Source: Thermoplasmatales archaeon (GTDB lineage Archaea; Thermoplasmatota; Thermoplasmata; Thermoplasmatales; Thermoplasmataceae). From it: a DNA stretch of 64,000 bases. Made by a program: the position numbers and the translations under genes. Under the pieces are notes generated by a model. The model was not told the DNA's origin, searched no databases, and saw only the letters and a program-made list of their open reading frames with translations. The first letter of the stretch is position 1. The number at the start of each line of letters is the position of its first letter. The stretch is from the NCBI GenBank assembly GCA_027310185.1, contig DAIDBH010000011.1:64001-128000 (forward strand), read 5' to 3'. Positions 30,596-40,449 of the stretch are shown here, piece by piece.

Positions 30596-33318
30596 TTCCA
30601 GAACCTCCTGTTCTTTGCAAAGTCAGTTTCCTGTTTTATAATTTCCCTAATGAGATCATCCTCATCGAAATAACGAACAGAAAGAAGCCTCGTCGCCATT
30701 TCCGGTCCTATACCCCTGCCTGCCATGGTCATGAGTGCAGTCTTACCTCTAGCCCTTAGAATGTGGATGGACTTTGTCAGGGTATTCTTTTCCTTAAGTG
30801 TCAGCTTTTCATGATCTATTGAGTCCTTTATACTGTCCCTGCTGTACGGTGAAATGGCTGCTACAAGATTGCTTCCACAGGATGGACACCTGAAATTATT
30901 GAGATTTCTGACCTTGTCCGTATGTGTCCACAGGCAATTTGTGCATAAAAGTGTCATTTCCTCATTAAGCAGCCTGTCCCTGATGGAGTCTATTATGGCC
31001 TTTGTTGGCTTCAACGGTGCTATTCTCTCTGAATAATGGGAGAGAAACTGCTCTGATCCCTGGCTGAAATTCTCACGTTCAACAAATTCAACATCATCAA
31101 TGTTTTTAATGAATTGATTCACTGAATCCATATCCATATAATCATTCATCATCTTCCTGATACAGTCCTCATAGAGAACCGTGTTTTTATACGAATCTAT
31201 GATCTTTTCTATTCTCATTCTCGATAGATCAGCATCCATCTTTATTACGCCGAATTTTCTAGCCTCGTACAGGAAGATTCCATTGAAAAATCTGGATCTC
31301 TTAACAGTATTCTCGATCAGGATTTCCAGATCATGATTCCTCAACTGTTTGATTATTTCAACCATATCACCTGACTTTAGCCTCTTGCCAGTTCTCATAT
31401 AAATGTGGTAAGGTGAATAATCTGTTTCAACGCTCTCACCAGTTATGGCAGTAAGCATGGAACCGATTATCTCAGATAGGGCAAAATTACCCTTTGTTCC
31501 CAGCAGGATCTGTATGAGGATTTCCTGTCCGTGGGTTTCAACAAACACCCTGCGTGTAAGTGCCAGATCCTGTTTCAGCCATTCTTCAAGCTTCCTTCTG
31601 GATTTGGCATCTACGCTTTCATCTATTTTGCAGAATTCCCTGTTATAAGAAACCCTTTCAGTCACATCCGTAAGAACTGGTATATCCTCCCCTGTCCATT
31701 TCGGGGTGAGTGCTGCTGTATGAAAGGGTTCAACAAATATACTCTGTTCTTCAAGCCTTATGGTTCTCCAGGTCGCACCCCTCATAACGAAATAAGCTCC
31801 TGGCTCAATTTCATTCAGGACATATCTCTCGTCCAGTGTACCCACAAACTTCCTGTTAATTACATCAATCACTCTATATGTCTTCTCACTTGGTATCATG
31901 GAAATATTATTTATGAAGTATTCAAGTGATGAAGAGGATGACATAACATTCACAGAGTCATACCTTATCTTTCTTGAAACCTTCAGAAAATCAATTATGG
32001 AAAGATATTCATCATACGAAAGATTCCTCATTGGATAACTTCGTATCAGTATGCTGTAGAACTTCTCAGCGTTGAATTTTCTCATCTCGTGAGATCTTAA
32101 GAGTATCTGGTTGGCTACGGTTGCATACGAAAGGTCCCTTATGAATACAGGTTCAAGTACCTGATTATTTATCTGGCCCACAATCGCCATGGCCTCTTCC
32201 ATCTCAATCAGGTCACCACAGAGAATTATGCCCTTTGAAACCTTCTGTATCCAGTGACCCGATCTACCGATCCTCTGTATCAGTTTATTTATCTGCCTTG
32301 GGGAATTGAACTGTATTACAAGGTCTGCAGAACCTATATCTATTCCAAGTTCCAGGGAAGACGTGCAGATCAGTCCCTTTATTTCCCTGTTCTTGAATTT
32401 TGACTCTGCCTCCTCCCGTGTTTCTCTTGAAAGGGAACCATGATGAACCATTACAGGTAATTCTCCATAGTACAGTGACATCCGGAACGCAATATCCTCT
32501 GCCACACTTCTTGTATTCACAAAAACAAGTGTGCCCTGATGGGATTCAATCAGTTCCTTTATTCTCTTAACGGCCCCTGCATACTCTGGTTCACAACCCA
32601 TCTTGCTTGCGATCTCGTCTGGGGCTTTCTCTGGAATTGTAATTTGAAATTCCATTGTCTTTATCATTGAAGTTTTCAGAATTTCAACTTCACCAGTATT
32701 ATAAAGAAATCTTGCCAGTTCCTCTGGATTTCCCACAGTTGCCGATAGGCCTATCCTCTGAAAGTTTCGAGACAGTTCTGCCAGCCTTTCGAGGGAAATG
32801 CTTAACTGGGTTCCCCTTTCATTCTGTGCCAGTTCATGGAGTTCATCGACTATGACAAATTTCAGATTTTTCAGGTATTCCCTTATCTTTTTTGAGTTCA
32901 TCAGGATCTGGACAGATTCCGGAGTGGTGATCAGTATATCAGCAGGATTGTCCCTTATCTCCCTCCTTTCCCTTTCAGAAATATCACTGTGTCTCACCTG
33001 GACACTTATTCCCATCTTCTTTCCGTAATTCTTGAGCCTGAGTAGCATATCCCTGTTAAGAGCTCTCAGAGGTGTGATGAAGAGTGATGTAATTGGTTTT
33101 GTCTCATTGTTTAGTATATAGTCAAATATGGGAAAAATGGCAGCCTCAGTCTTTCCACTACCCGTAGGAGATATAAGCATGGCGCTTTTTCCACTTCTAA
33201 CAACTGGAATTAACATTTCCTGAGCTTCTGTTAACTCATTGAACTGTAAGGTAGTGAAAAAATCAAACATCCTGTTTGAGAAAAAATTTTCAAAATTATT
33301 CTTATTGATAACGACCAT
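30592..33318 (-). CDS. lhr: Lhr-family SF2 DEAH helicase with C-terminal Cys-rich motif
   Basis: PTGSGKT, PLRAL, TTPE, DELH, SAT, HHGSL, SSLELGID, QRIGRSGH; CTNC...CPSC near the C-terminus. Confidence 0.93.
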   Translation of the reverse strand: MVVINKNNFENFFSNRMFDFFTTLQFNELTEAQEMLIPVVRSGKSAMLISPTGSGKTEAAIFPIFDYILNNETKPITSLFITPLRALNRDMLLRLKNYGKKMGISVQVRHSDISERERREIRDNPADILITTPESVQILMNSKKIREYLKNLKFVIVDELHELAQNERGTQLSISLERLAELSRNFQRIGLSATVGNPEELARFLYNTGEVEILKTSMIKTMEFQITIPEKAPDEIASKMGCEPEYAGAVKRIKELIESHQGTLVFVNTRSVAEDIAFRMSLYYGELPVMVHHGSLSRETREEAESKFKNREIKGLICTSSLELGIDIGSADLVIQFNSPRQINKLIQRIGRSGHWIQKVSKGIILCGDLIEMEEAMAIVGQINNQVLEPVFIRDLSYATVANQILLRSHEMRKFNAEKFYSILIRSYPMRNLSYDEYLSIIDFLKVSRKIRYDSVNVMSSSSSLEYFINNISMIPSEKTYRVIDVINRKFVGTLDERYVLNEIEPGAYFVMRGATWRTIRLEEQSIFVEPFHTAALTPKWTGEDIPVLTDVTERVSYNREFCKIDESVDAKSRRKLEEWLKQDLALTRRVFVETHGQEILIQILLGTKGNFALSEIIGSMLTAITGESVETDYSPYHIYMRTGKRLKSGDMVEIIKQLRNHDLEILIENTVKRSRFFNGIFLYEARKFGVIKMDADLSRMRIEKIIDSYKNTVLYEDCIRKMMNDYMDMDSVNQFIKNIDDVEFVERENFSQGSEQFLSHYSERIAPLKPTKAIIDSIRDRLLNEEMTLLCTNCLWTHTDKVRNLNNFRCPSCGSNLVAAISPYSRDSIKDSIDHEKLTLKEKNTLTKSIHILRARGKTALMTMAGRGIGPEMATRLLSVRYFDEDDLIREIIKQETDFAKNRRFWN

Positions 33319-33331
33319 CTAACATGCTCCT

Positions 33332-33409
33332 TCAGAACCCATCGTCGTCATCGTCATCATCATCGTCGTCATCGTCGTCATCATCCCTAGGTCTATAGTT
33401 GAATAACAC
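33332..33409 (-). CDS. 25-aa poly-aspartate peptide MLFNYRPR-D15-GF (not in ORF track)
   Basis: GTG start 3 nt after a GAGGTGAA SD; 15 mixed GAT/GAC codons; TGA followed by the GGAG SD of lhr. Confidence 0.65.
   Translation of the reverse strand: MLFNYRPRDDDDDDDDDDDDDDDGF
33341..33385. repeat. Imperfect (RTC)15 trinucleotide tract encoding Asp15 on the minus strand
   Basis: atc gtc gtc atc gtc atc atc atc gtc gtc atc gtc gtc atc atc. Confidence 0.9.
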
Positions 33410-33503
33410 GGCTTCACCTCAGGACATCTAAATGATAATAGTATTAAAATGTTTTTTCTAATTTTTTCTGAAAAATTAACTTTATTGACTTTAAGCTGAT
33501 ACC

Positions 33504-34730
33504 TTGAACATGTCAGGAAACATGAAGGAGATCAGTGAAAAGATAAGGGATGTTGTCTTGAGGACTATGAAAATTGAATCTCCTGATATTATTATGGGGA
33601 ATCAGGCAGAGAGGATCAGGAGATTTATTTCAAATGGTAGTTATAGCATATTCTCAGTTGGCAAAGCATCTATACCCATGGTAAAAGGCCTGGATCCTGC
33701 TATTATCAAAAATTCAAGTCTGAGCATATGCCTGACCCCAAGTCCTGAAAATATGGAGGGATTCAGGGTATTCAGGGGAAACCATCCCTTTCCAGACACT
33801 GATACATTCAGGTCTTCAGAGGAAATATTCAATCTAATCGTGGAAGATCATTCGGACAAACTAATATTTCTTTTATCTGGAGGTTCTTCATCACTCTTCG
33901 AGAAAGTTTCTAAGGGCGTATCAATCGATCGGTACATGGAAATTATGCATTTACTTGTGACAGGCGGTTATCCCATTGACCAGATCAATTCAATCAGGTG
34001 CATACTTTCTGATGTAAAGTGTGGGAAGATGCTGAATCATAGCAATTATAACGAGATTCTTATTCTTGCCATATCAGACGTTCCAGGTGATGACATTTCT
34101 GTCATTGGCTCCAATCCATTTTACCCGGGAAAGAGATTTGACCCTGATAAAGAGCTTACTGAAAGACTCGGACTTGAGAAACAGAAGATCACCTATAGAG
34201 ACTGTCATATAGAATCAGACATAATTCTGGCAGGTAAAAAATATGCAGGAGACATGCTTGATAACATTGAACTTCCTTATGAAAAAGTCTTCCTCGAAAA
34301 TATACTTGAAGGCGATGTTAACACCTGCTCAGATAAAATTCTGGAGCTTTTAAGGAGTCGTTACAGTAAGACTGGGAAACCATTTGTCTTTTCAGCATAC
34401 GGGGAAACAACATCAAAGGTTACGGGAAATGGAAAAGGGGGCAGAAACTGTTACCTGTCTTCCCTTATACTTGAAAAAGCAGAAAATTCAGAAGAATTTT
34501 CATTCATTTCCTTTGCAACGGATGGCCAGGATGGAAACAGTGGACTTGCCGGGTTCCTTGTGGATAATACATTAAAAGAAATAATAAGTAATGCTGAGAT
34601 AGACAGATATATTGAGAACAGCGATACTGGAAATCTTGCAATCAGGCTTCACAGGGATTTGAACACAGGTCCTTCAGGAAATAATGTATCGGACGTTGTG
34701 ATCGGGTATTATGGTGGTAATTTACAATGA
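33504..34730 (+). CDS. Glycerate 2-kinase (MOFRL family)
   Basis: VGKAS, HPFPD, LSGG.SSL, SDVPGDD..IGS, GET, GGRN, TDG.DG, TGP.GNNV.D. Confidence 0.9.
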   Translation: MNMSGNMKEISEKIRDVVLRTMKIESPDIIMGNQAERIRRFISNGSYSIFSVGKASIPMVKGLDPAIIKNSSLSICLTPSPENMEGFRVFRGNHPFPDTDTFRSSEEIFNLIVEDHSDKLIFLLSGGSSSLFEKVSKGVSIDRYMEIMHLLVTGGYPIDQINSIRCILSDVKCGKMLNHSNYNEILILAISDVPGDDISVIGSNPFYPGKRFDPDKELTERLGLEKQKITYRDCHIESDIILAGKKYAGDMLDNIELPYEKVFLENILEGDVNTCSDKILELLRSRYSKTGKPFVFSAYGETTSKVTGNGKGGRNCYLSSLILEKAENSEEFSFISFATDGQDGNSGLAGFLVDNTLKEIISNAEIDRYIENSDTGNLAIRLHRDLNTGPSGNNVSDVVIGYYGGNLQ

Positions 34731-35479
34731 TGCTTATGCATTCAGATAATGGAACGATGCTGTATGATGATGAAAAGAATGTGATTATCAACGGGAAGAA
34801 GAGAATTGAGATAAATCCAACAGCTATCTTGAATCCCGGTGACAGTGTCCTTTTTGACGGCATAAATTATGTAATTATGAGTTATACTCCTCAATTTTTT
34901 CCCAATATAGGTGAACGGGGCGCACAGATAATCAACGGGAGGGATTCATCGTACATGGTGATGGCATCAGGAATTGAATTCGGTTCAACCGTGATTGAAA
35001 GTGGAACAGGATCCGGAGCACTGACAACATACATTCTGAAGATAACAGGAAACCCTGAAGGATACCTTGGTATAGATCATAATGAAAATTCAGCAATGTT
35101 TACGAAGAGAAACGTGAAGAACTTCACAGGAATGGACATACGGATAGATATAGGTGAATTTGAGGACTATGCATATAGTGGCAAAAAGGCAGATGCCATC
35201 TTCCTCGATCTACCTGAACCATGGAAAAATGTACCTGAACAGAGAAAATGGATCCTGTCAGGAAAAAGGATAGTAACCTATCTTCCCACTTATAACCAGG
35301 TTGAGAAAGCAAGGGAGGAATATGAAAAATATGGATTTCTGCACCTGGAAACAGTTGAAATTGAAGGCAGGGATATCCAGGTGAAAACAGGAGCAACCCG
35401 TCCAAAGTCTACAGGGATTATCCACACAGGTTTCATATCCACGTACATAAAATCCAGCGGCTCCATACTGAGGGTTTGA
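34727..35479 (+). CDS. trmI: tRNA (adenine-N1)-methyltransferase
   Basis: RGAQII, ESGTGSGALT, FLDLPEPW, P...Q, RP.....HTGF. Confidence 0.9.
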   Translation: MMLMHSDNGTMLYDDEKNVIINGKKRIEINPTAILNPGDSVLFDGINYVIMSYTPQFFPNIGERGAQIINGRDSSYMVMASGIEFGSTVIESGTGSGALTTYILKITGNPEGYLGIDHNENSAMFTKRNVKNFTGMDIRIDIGEFEDYAYSGKKADAIFLDLPEPWKNVPEQRKWILSGKRIVTYLPTYNQVEKAREEYEKYGFLHLETVEIEGRDIQVKTGATRPKSTGIIHTGFISTYIKSSGSILRV

Positions 35480-35546
35480 TCTACCGCATGGAGTTCGGAT
35501 CAACTGTAAGGTAAATCTAAATAACAATTATCCATGTCTATTTTTA

Positions 35547-36476
35547 ATGTTAAAGAGCAAAAGTATTGTCAGTATAGACGACGTAGAAACAGACGATTTT
35601 TATGAAATTTTCAAGCGCGCGTCTATTTTCAAGAGAGCTGTAAAAGAGGGTAGGGTACTTGATCTCATGAAAGGAAAAATCATGGCTACCTTCTTCTTTG
35701 AACCGAGTACCAGGACAAGATTATCCTTTGAAAGTGCGATGAACAGGCTTGGCGGCTCTGTAATAAGTGTTTCAGAAGCAAAGAGCAGTTCAGCGGCAAA
35801 GGGAGAAACAATTGCTGATACAATAAGAATGGCATCATCATATTCCGATGTTGTTGTCATGAGGCATCCAATGGAGGGAGCAGCAAGGCTTGCATCTGAA
35901 TTTTCTTCAGTGCCTGTGCTGAATGGTGGAGATGGTTCTGGACAGCATCCCACTCAGACGCTCCTCGATCTGTTCACAATTTGGGAAAAATATGGAAGGA
36001 TAGAGGACCTGGAAATATCGATGATTGGAGATCTAAAATATGGAAGAACCGTGCATTCACTGATAAAGGCACTGAGCAGGTTCAATAATACAATTAACCT
36101 CGTTTCACCGGAGATATTGAGGATGCCTGAACATTTTCTCAGCTCCATTAAATCAAGGAGTAAAATCAGGCCAGATTCAAGTCTGGAGAGTGTACTGGGC
36201 ACAACAGATGTCTTTTATGTTACCAGGATACAGAAGGAAAGATTTGTTGATCTTAACGACTACCAGAAAGTTATTGGATCATATTCCTTCAATCAGGATC
36301 TGGTTGAAAGAATGAAGGAAAGTTCCATAATAATGCACCCTCTTCCAAGGGTGGATGAAATTGATCCAAGGATAGACAGCAACAAAAGGGCCTATTACTT
36401 TATAGAAGCTGCAAATGGTGTTTTTGTTAGGATGGCATTGATAGACATGATTCTGAGGGGTGGGGAATATGAGTGA
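35547..36476 (+). CDS. pyrB: Aspartate carbamoyltransferase catalytic subunit
   Basis: FFEPSTRT, HPTQ, GDLKYGRTVHS, TRIQKER, MHPLP. Confidence 0.98.
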   Translation: MLKSKSIVSIDDVETDDFYEIFKRASIFKRAVKEGRVLDLMKGKIMATFFFEPSTRTRLSFESAMNRLGGSVISVSEAKSSSAAKGETIADTIRMASSYSDVVVMRHPMEGAARLASEFSSVPVLNGGDGSGQHPTQTLLDLFTIWEKYGRIEDLEISMIGDLKYGRTVHSLIKALSRFNNTINLVSPEILRMPEHFLSSIKSRSKIRPDSSLESVLGTTDVFYVTRIQKERFVDLNDYQKVIGSYSFNQDLVERMKESSIIMHPLPRVDEIDPRIDSNKRAYYFIEAANGVFVRMALIDMILRGGEYE

Positions 36477-36945
36477 GGAAAAGGTATTGAAAATAAACAA
36501 GATTGCTGATGGCATAGTAATTGATCACATCAATCCAGGAGCAGCACTTGAAGTTCTATCCGTTCTTAAGATAAATGGCCGTGATAAACTGACCGTAAGT
36601 GTCCTGATGAATGTTCCAAGCAGGAAGGATGGAACAAAGGATATAGTGAAGGTTGAGAACCGTAAACTGGCAAAGAAGGAGCTTGACCTGATAAGCATCG
36701 TCTCTCCTAATGCCACAATAAACGTAATTGAAAAATTTGAGATAAAGGACAAATTCAGTGTTAAGATACCGCGGGAAGTCATGGGTATAATAAAGTGCAG
36801 CAACCAGAACTGTGTAACAAATTCCAGGGAACCTGTGGAATCAAGCTTCAAGGTAGAAACTGAAAAGGGACATGAAAACTTCAGGTGTCACTACTGTGAA
36901 AGAACCATGGACATAAGGGAAGTAAGAGAATCACTGATGAAATAA
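36469..36945 (+). CDS. pyrI: Aspartate carbamoyltransferase regulatory subunit
   Basis: G.VIDHI, KDIVKVE, C.N.NC.T, CHYCE. Confidence 0.96.
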   Translation: MSEEKVLKINKIADGIVIDHINPGAALEVLSVLKINGRDKLTVSVLMNVPSRKDGTKDIVKVENRKLAKKELDLISIVSPNATINVIEKFEIKDKFSVKIPREVMGIIKCSNQNCVTNSREPVESSFKVETEKGHENFRCHYCERTMDIREVRESLMK

Positions 36946-37077
36946 TTTTTTCAACAATTACACTTTTTTTGTAATTTATTGTAGTAGAAATGTTTTAAAA
37001 ATGACCTGGTTACTATCTTTCCATAACATTGAATTATAAACTTATCATCCTCAGAAATTCCCGATGAATAAGTAATT

Positions 37078-37785
37078 TTAAAAATTCTTCTGAAGGCTGG
37101 AGATCTCGGATATCATCTTCTGTATTTCCTGTTCCTCTCCCTTCTTTGAAAACATATTGTGTCTTATTTTTTTCTCTTCACCAATTTCCTTGTATCTGTG
37201 TGTATTCTTTTTTATGCTCTCCCTGATTATCTTAAGATTAAATTCATCAGTGGGGTTGCTTGCTCTTGTAAAGACGAACGATGCGACAGAATTATTGAAT
37301 TTCTTTCTTCTGTATACAAGGGATGAATGTATATTCCTTGCGAAACCTTCAGACAGATCGCTTGCAACAATGGTTACCCAGCTGTTATCAACCAGTCCTG
37401 ATACGATTTCCGCTGCATGCCTGAACTCACGGTCTGAAGCAAGGTTTCTGAACCTAACCTGTATTATTTCAGGGTATGATATCCTGCTGGCACCGTCTTC
37501 CTCATCCATCTCATTTCCATTCTTATCCGTCATCCTCACAAAGGAACTATCATATTCATCCTTGAAATCCTCATACTTCAGTTTTCCTGAGGAACTCAAT
37601 TTTCTTTCCCTTTCCTGAGTGATGTAGATTATTGCATTTTTCTTTCCTTCATTTGTCTTGATAAGACCATTATACACATCATTCATCCTGTCACCTATCA
37701 GCACTATTGTCTGTTGCATGTAGGTCTGCAGTTCCACTGAGTCAAGCTTTTCATTTTCCAGATTCAATTTATTCACTTCTTCCAT
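37078..37785 (-). CDS. Hypothetical protein, possible degenerate FtsZ/tubulin GTPase-fold
   Basis: Abuts the RHH gene; AGGTGG SD before ATG at 37785 (GTG at 37794 also possible); beta/alpha pattern resembles the FtsZ N-domain but lacks GGGTG. Confidence 0.7.
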   Translation of the reverse strand: MEEVNKLNLENEKLDSVELQTYMQQTIVLIGDRMNDVYNGLIKTNEGKKNAIIYITQERERKLSSSGKLKYEDFKDEYDSSFVRMTDKNGNEMDEEDGASRISYPEIIQVRFRNLASDREFRHAAEIVSGLVDNSWVTIVASDLSEGFARNIHSSLVYRRKKFNNSVASFVFTRASNPTDEFNLKIIRESIKKNTHRYKEIGEEKKIRHNMFSKKGEEQEIQKMISEISSLQKNF

Positions 37786-37794
37786 CCAAACCAC

Positions 37795-38214
37795 CTAATA
37801 CCTTCCATATTTTTTCTCTTCATCCCTGTCTACCAGACTGACTCTCTCGTTAGATTTCATTGACTTCTCTATTTCCTGGTATTTCTCTATCTTCTCCTCA
37901 AAAATCTTTTTTATAAAGCCGGAATCAAAAACATATTCCAGAATTGACTTAATTGCGTCTTCTTTCGAAGGATAATATCCCATTCTGATCATCCTTTCGA
38001 TATATTCTTCCTGTTTCTTAGAAAGAGATATGCCATTGCCTAAATCCATACCCTTGAAGTTTTTCTTAGCCTGGATGAAATCAAGAGCGCAGTTCCTGAG
38101 AAACTCCGATCGACTGCCAAAAGACATGTTTTCCTCAAGAAAACTGTCTATCATATCCAGATCTTCTTCTGAAATCCTTAGTGTAATTTTAATGTCTTTT
38201 GATTCAGGATTCAT
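37795..38214 (-). CDS. Tandem ribbon-helix-helix (CopG/CdrS-like) transcription regulator
   Basis: KITLRIS....IDSF......SRSEFLR and a second ISLS....IE.MI..GYYPSKEDAIK repeat. Confidence 0.85.
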   Translation of the reverse strand: MNPESKDIKITLRISEEDLDMIDSFLEENMSFGSRSEFLRNCALDFIQAKKNFKGMDLGNGISLSKKQEEYIERMIRMGYYPSKEDAIKSILEYVFDSGFIKKIFEEKIEKYQEIEKSMKSNERVSLVDRDEEKKYGRY

Positions 38215-38230
38215 TATTATCCTAAATAGA

Positions 38231-38250
38231 TATACTCAGAGGTATATAAA
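38231..38250 (-). promoter_or_regulatory. TATA box of the RHH operon overlapping a TATAC-N6-GTATA palindrome
   Basis: TTTATATA on the minus strand about 30 nt upstream of ATG 38214. Confidence 0.5.
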
Positions 38251-38646
38251 TTTTATGTAATTGGCTATACACAAGTACATACAAAAATAGTCTTAATTAT
38301 ATGTCTAAATAATTCTATTATCTCATTAATCTACTGTAATTTAAAGGATCAAATCAAAATTCATAATTCCATATATCACAAATTTTATCATGTACACAGG
38401 TACGATTGTATGGCAATTTTTACAAAATAAATATACAAATATATTTAAAACTGATATCACATTTCATGGAATTCGCCAGATAAATCAGTAATCTTGGACC
38501 TAAATCGAATATTGACATTGAAAAATTTTTTTATCGTCTTTTTTTTAAGATTTAAAATCCTCTGATAGGATAAACATCCTAAATCACTGGAATTTTATAA
38601 CTTAGGTCAAAGAAATTTTTCACGTTATAACAAATTTGGGATGGAG

Positions 38647-39093
38647 TCACGATTTCTGAGCTTGTCCTGACGATGTCCTGCTCTTAATAAAGTCAAGCAA
38701 CGTAGTTCTAAATGTTATTAATTTTCTGTCATACAGTGCAATTTGACGACCAGCCTTTGTATGAATTATAAAAAGTCTTTTACCATCTTTTTGATCTCTC
38801 GTTATATTTTGTATGTCATTGTAATATACATTGAATTTTTTGTTTGTAGTGACTATAATTATCTTATCTTCATATATCTCAATGTTCGCTCTTTTTCTGT
38901 ATTGCACTACATTGTAGCCAATTATGAAGATAGACAATACCAGAAAAGGGGCGTAGTTTACGACACTTGCGAGAAAATAGCCAGGATAAAAGTAGATTGG
39001 TAAAATAACAGCAATAGCCAGGAAGAGCGCGGATACATACGCAATTACATTTGTTCCCGCCTTGAGAACAGCAAGAGGAGTTGAACTCTTCAT
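38647..39093 (-). CDS. Two-TM membrane protein with a bacterial PH-like soluble domain
   Basis: Two hydrophobic helices then IEIYEDKIII...VYYNDIQNI pattern. Confidence 0.7.
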   Translation of the reverse strand: MKSSTPLAVLKAGTNVIAYVSALFLAIAVILPIYFYPGYFLASVVNYAPFLVLSIFIIGYNVVQYRKRANIEIYEDKIIIVTTNKKFNVYYNDIQNITRDQKDGKRLFIIHTKAGRQIALYDRKLITFRTTLLDFIKSRTSSGQAQKS

Positions 39094-39251
39094 ATTTCAG
39101 TATTCCAATTATAAATTATAACTTATCCCACTTTTTATTATAAGTATCCAAGAAAAGCTCACCTGAAAATCTCTATGTACAGATTCTGTGTTTGATATTT
39201 TAACAGAACAAAGACTAGGAAGTAAATTAAGATTTATTGTAATCTCAACTC

Positions 39252-40211
39252 ATGGCATTTGAAATCAGTACATTTGAAATTCCCATAGCCATACGGGCTT
39301 TGAGGACTGCCTCCATATACATTCTTGATAATGGTAATAACAAGATACTAGTAGACACAGGAATGGATGACCAGATTGATACATTTCTGAAAAGTAATGG
39401 AATTGACATAGAAAGCATAGACATGATACTCCTTACTCACCTGCATATAGATCACGTAGGAGGAGTTAATAAATTACACACAAATTATGGTCTGAATGGG
39501 TACATAGGAAAGGATGATTTGAGACGGATTGAAGCCATTCAATCCTCGGCCAGTAGATATATATCATGGCAGATTGATTATTTAAGAAGGAATGGCGTAC
39601 CCGATAAATTCCTGGAAAATCTTACAGAGAACCACCCGGTTTTCAGAGAGTTGAATAATTATATGAACCTCAAACTGGAACCACTCGAAGCAATTAAAAA
39701 TTTACCAAATGGCCTCAGGACAATGCACGTTCCAGGGCACTCTCCAGGTTCAACCTGTTACTTTGTAAATGATAGTTCAGCACTGATGTCAGGTGATCAC
39801 ATTTTAGAAAGAATCACTCCTAACATCAGCTATTATGATGAAGAAGAAGACATGCTGGGGGAATATCTTTCCAGTCTGGTTAAAAGTAAAAACATGGAAG
39901 TTAAGGTTACATTCCCCGGTCATGGAAAACCCTTTGGAAATCAAAATGAAAGGATAGATCAATTGATAAAACATCATGGTGAGAGGATGAATGAGATCAT
40001 GGAACTTTTAAGAGATAAGTGGTTGACGCCCTATGAGATAGCACATAAAATGCGATGGAGTAAGGGGAGAACTATGGAATCTATGAACATGATGGAATCT
40101 AACTTTGCAATCGGTGAGGCCATATCGCATTTAAGACACATGGAAAGGACAGGAGTTATAGAAATAAAGGAGATTGGAGGAATTTATTATTACGGTTCAA
40201 CGGTTAATTAG
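39252..40211 (+). CDS. MBL-fold metallo-hydrolase with C-terminal winged helix
   Basis: VDTG, THLHIDHVGG, PGHSPG, GDHIL, PGHG. Confidence 0.92.
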   Translation: MAFEISTFEIPIAIRALRTASIYILDNGNNKILVDTGMDDQIDTFLKSNGIDIESIDMILLTHLHIDHVGGVNKLHTNYGLNGYIGKDDLRRIEAIQSSASRYISWQIDYLRRNGVPDKFLENLTENHPVFRELNNYMNLKLEPLEAIKNLPNGLRTMHVPGHSPGSTCYFVNDSSALMSGDHILERITPNISYYDEEEDMLGEYLSSLVKSKNMEVKVTFPGHGKPFGNQNERIDQLIKHHGERMNEIMELLRDKWLTPYEIAHKMRWSKGRTMESMNMMESNFAIGEAISHLRHMERTGVIEIKEIGGIYYYGSTVN

Positions 40212-40449
40212 TTTATGAAAGTCAAGATAAGAACTGCCTTTATATTACCCCCAATCATTCATAAATCATATATGGCTAGGGATCAGAGAAATAACATGAC
40301 AGAGAATTATATTCCCTATTTTTATTTGCTAAAAATAAATTTCTTCATTTGATATCCTAGGTAAAAAAGTAGGCAGTCAGATGGGAATAAAAGAACTTTT
40401 CACAATTTTTTGCAAGATTTATTAAGGATTATGAATTCAGGTGGTTACT

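Noticed and set aside
37157-37618. 153-aa plus-strand ORF (and similar antisense ORFs at 47415-47885, 18143-18583, 61345-61746)
   Set aside because: Antisense shadows of real genes with the typical Ser/Phe/Leu-rich composition
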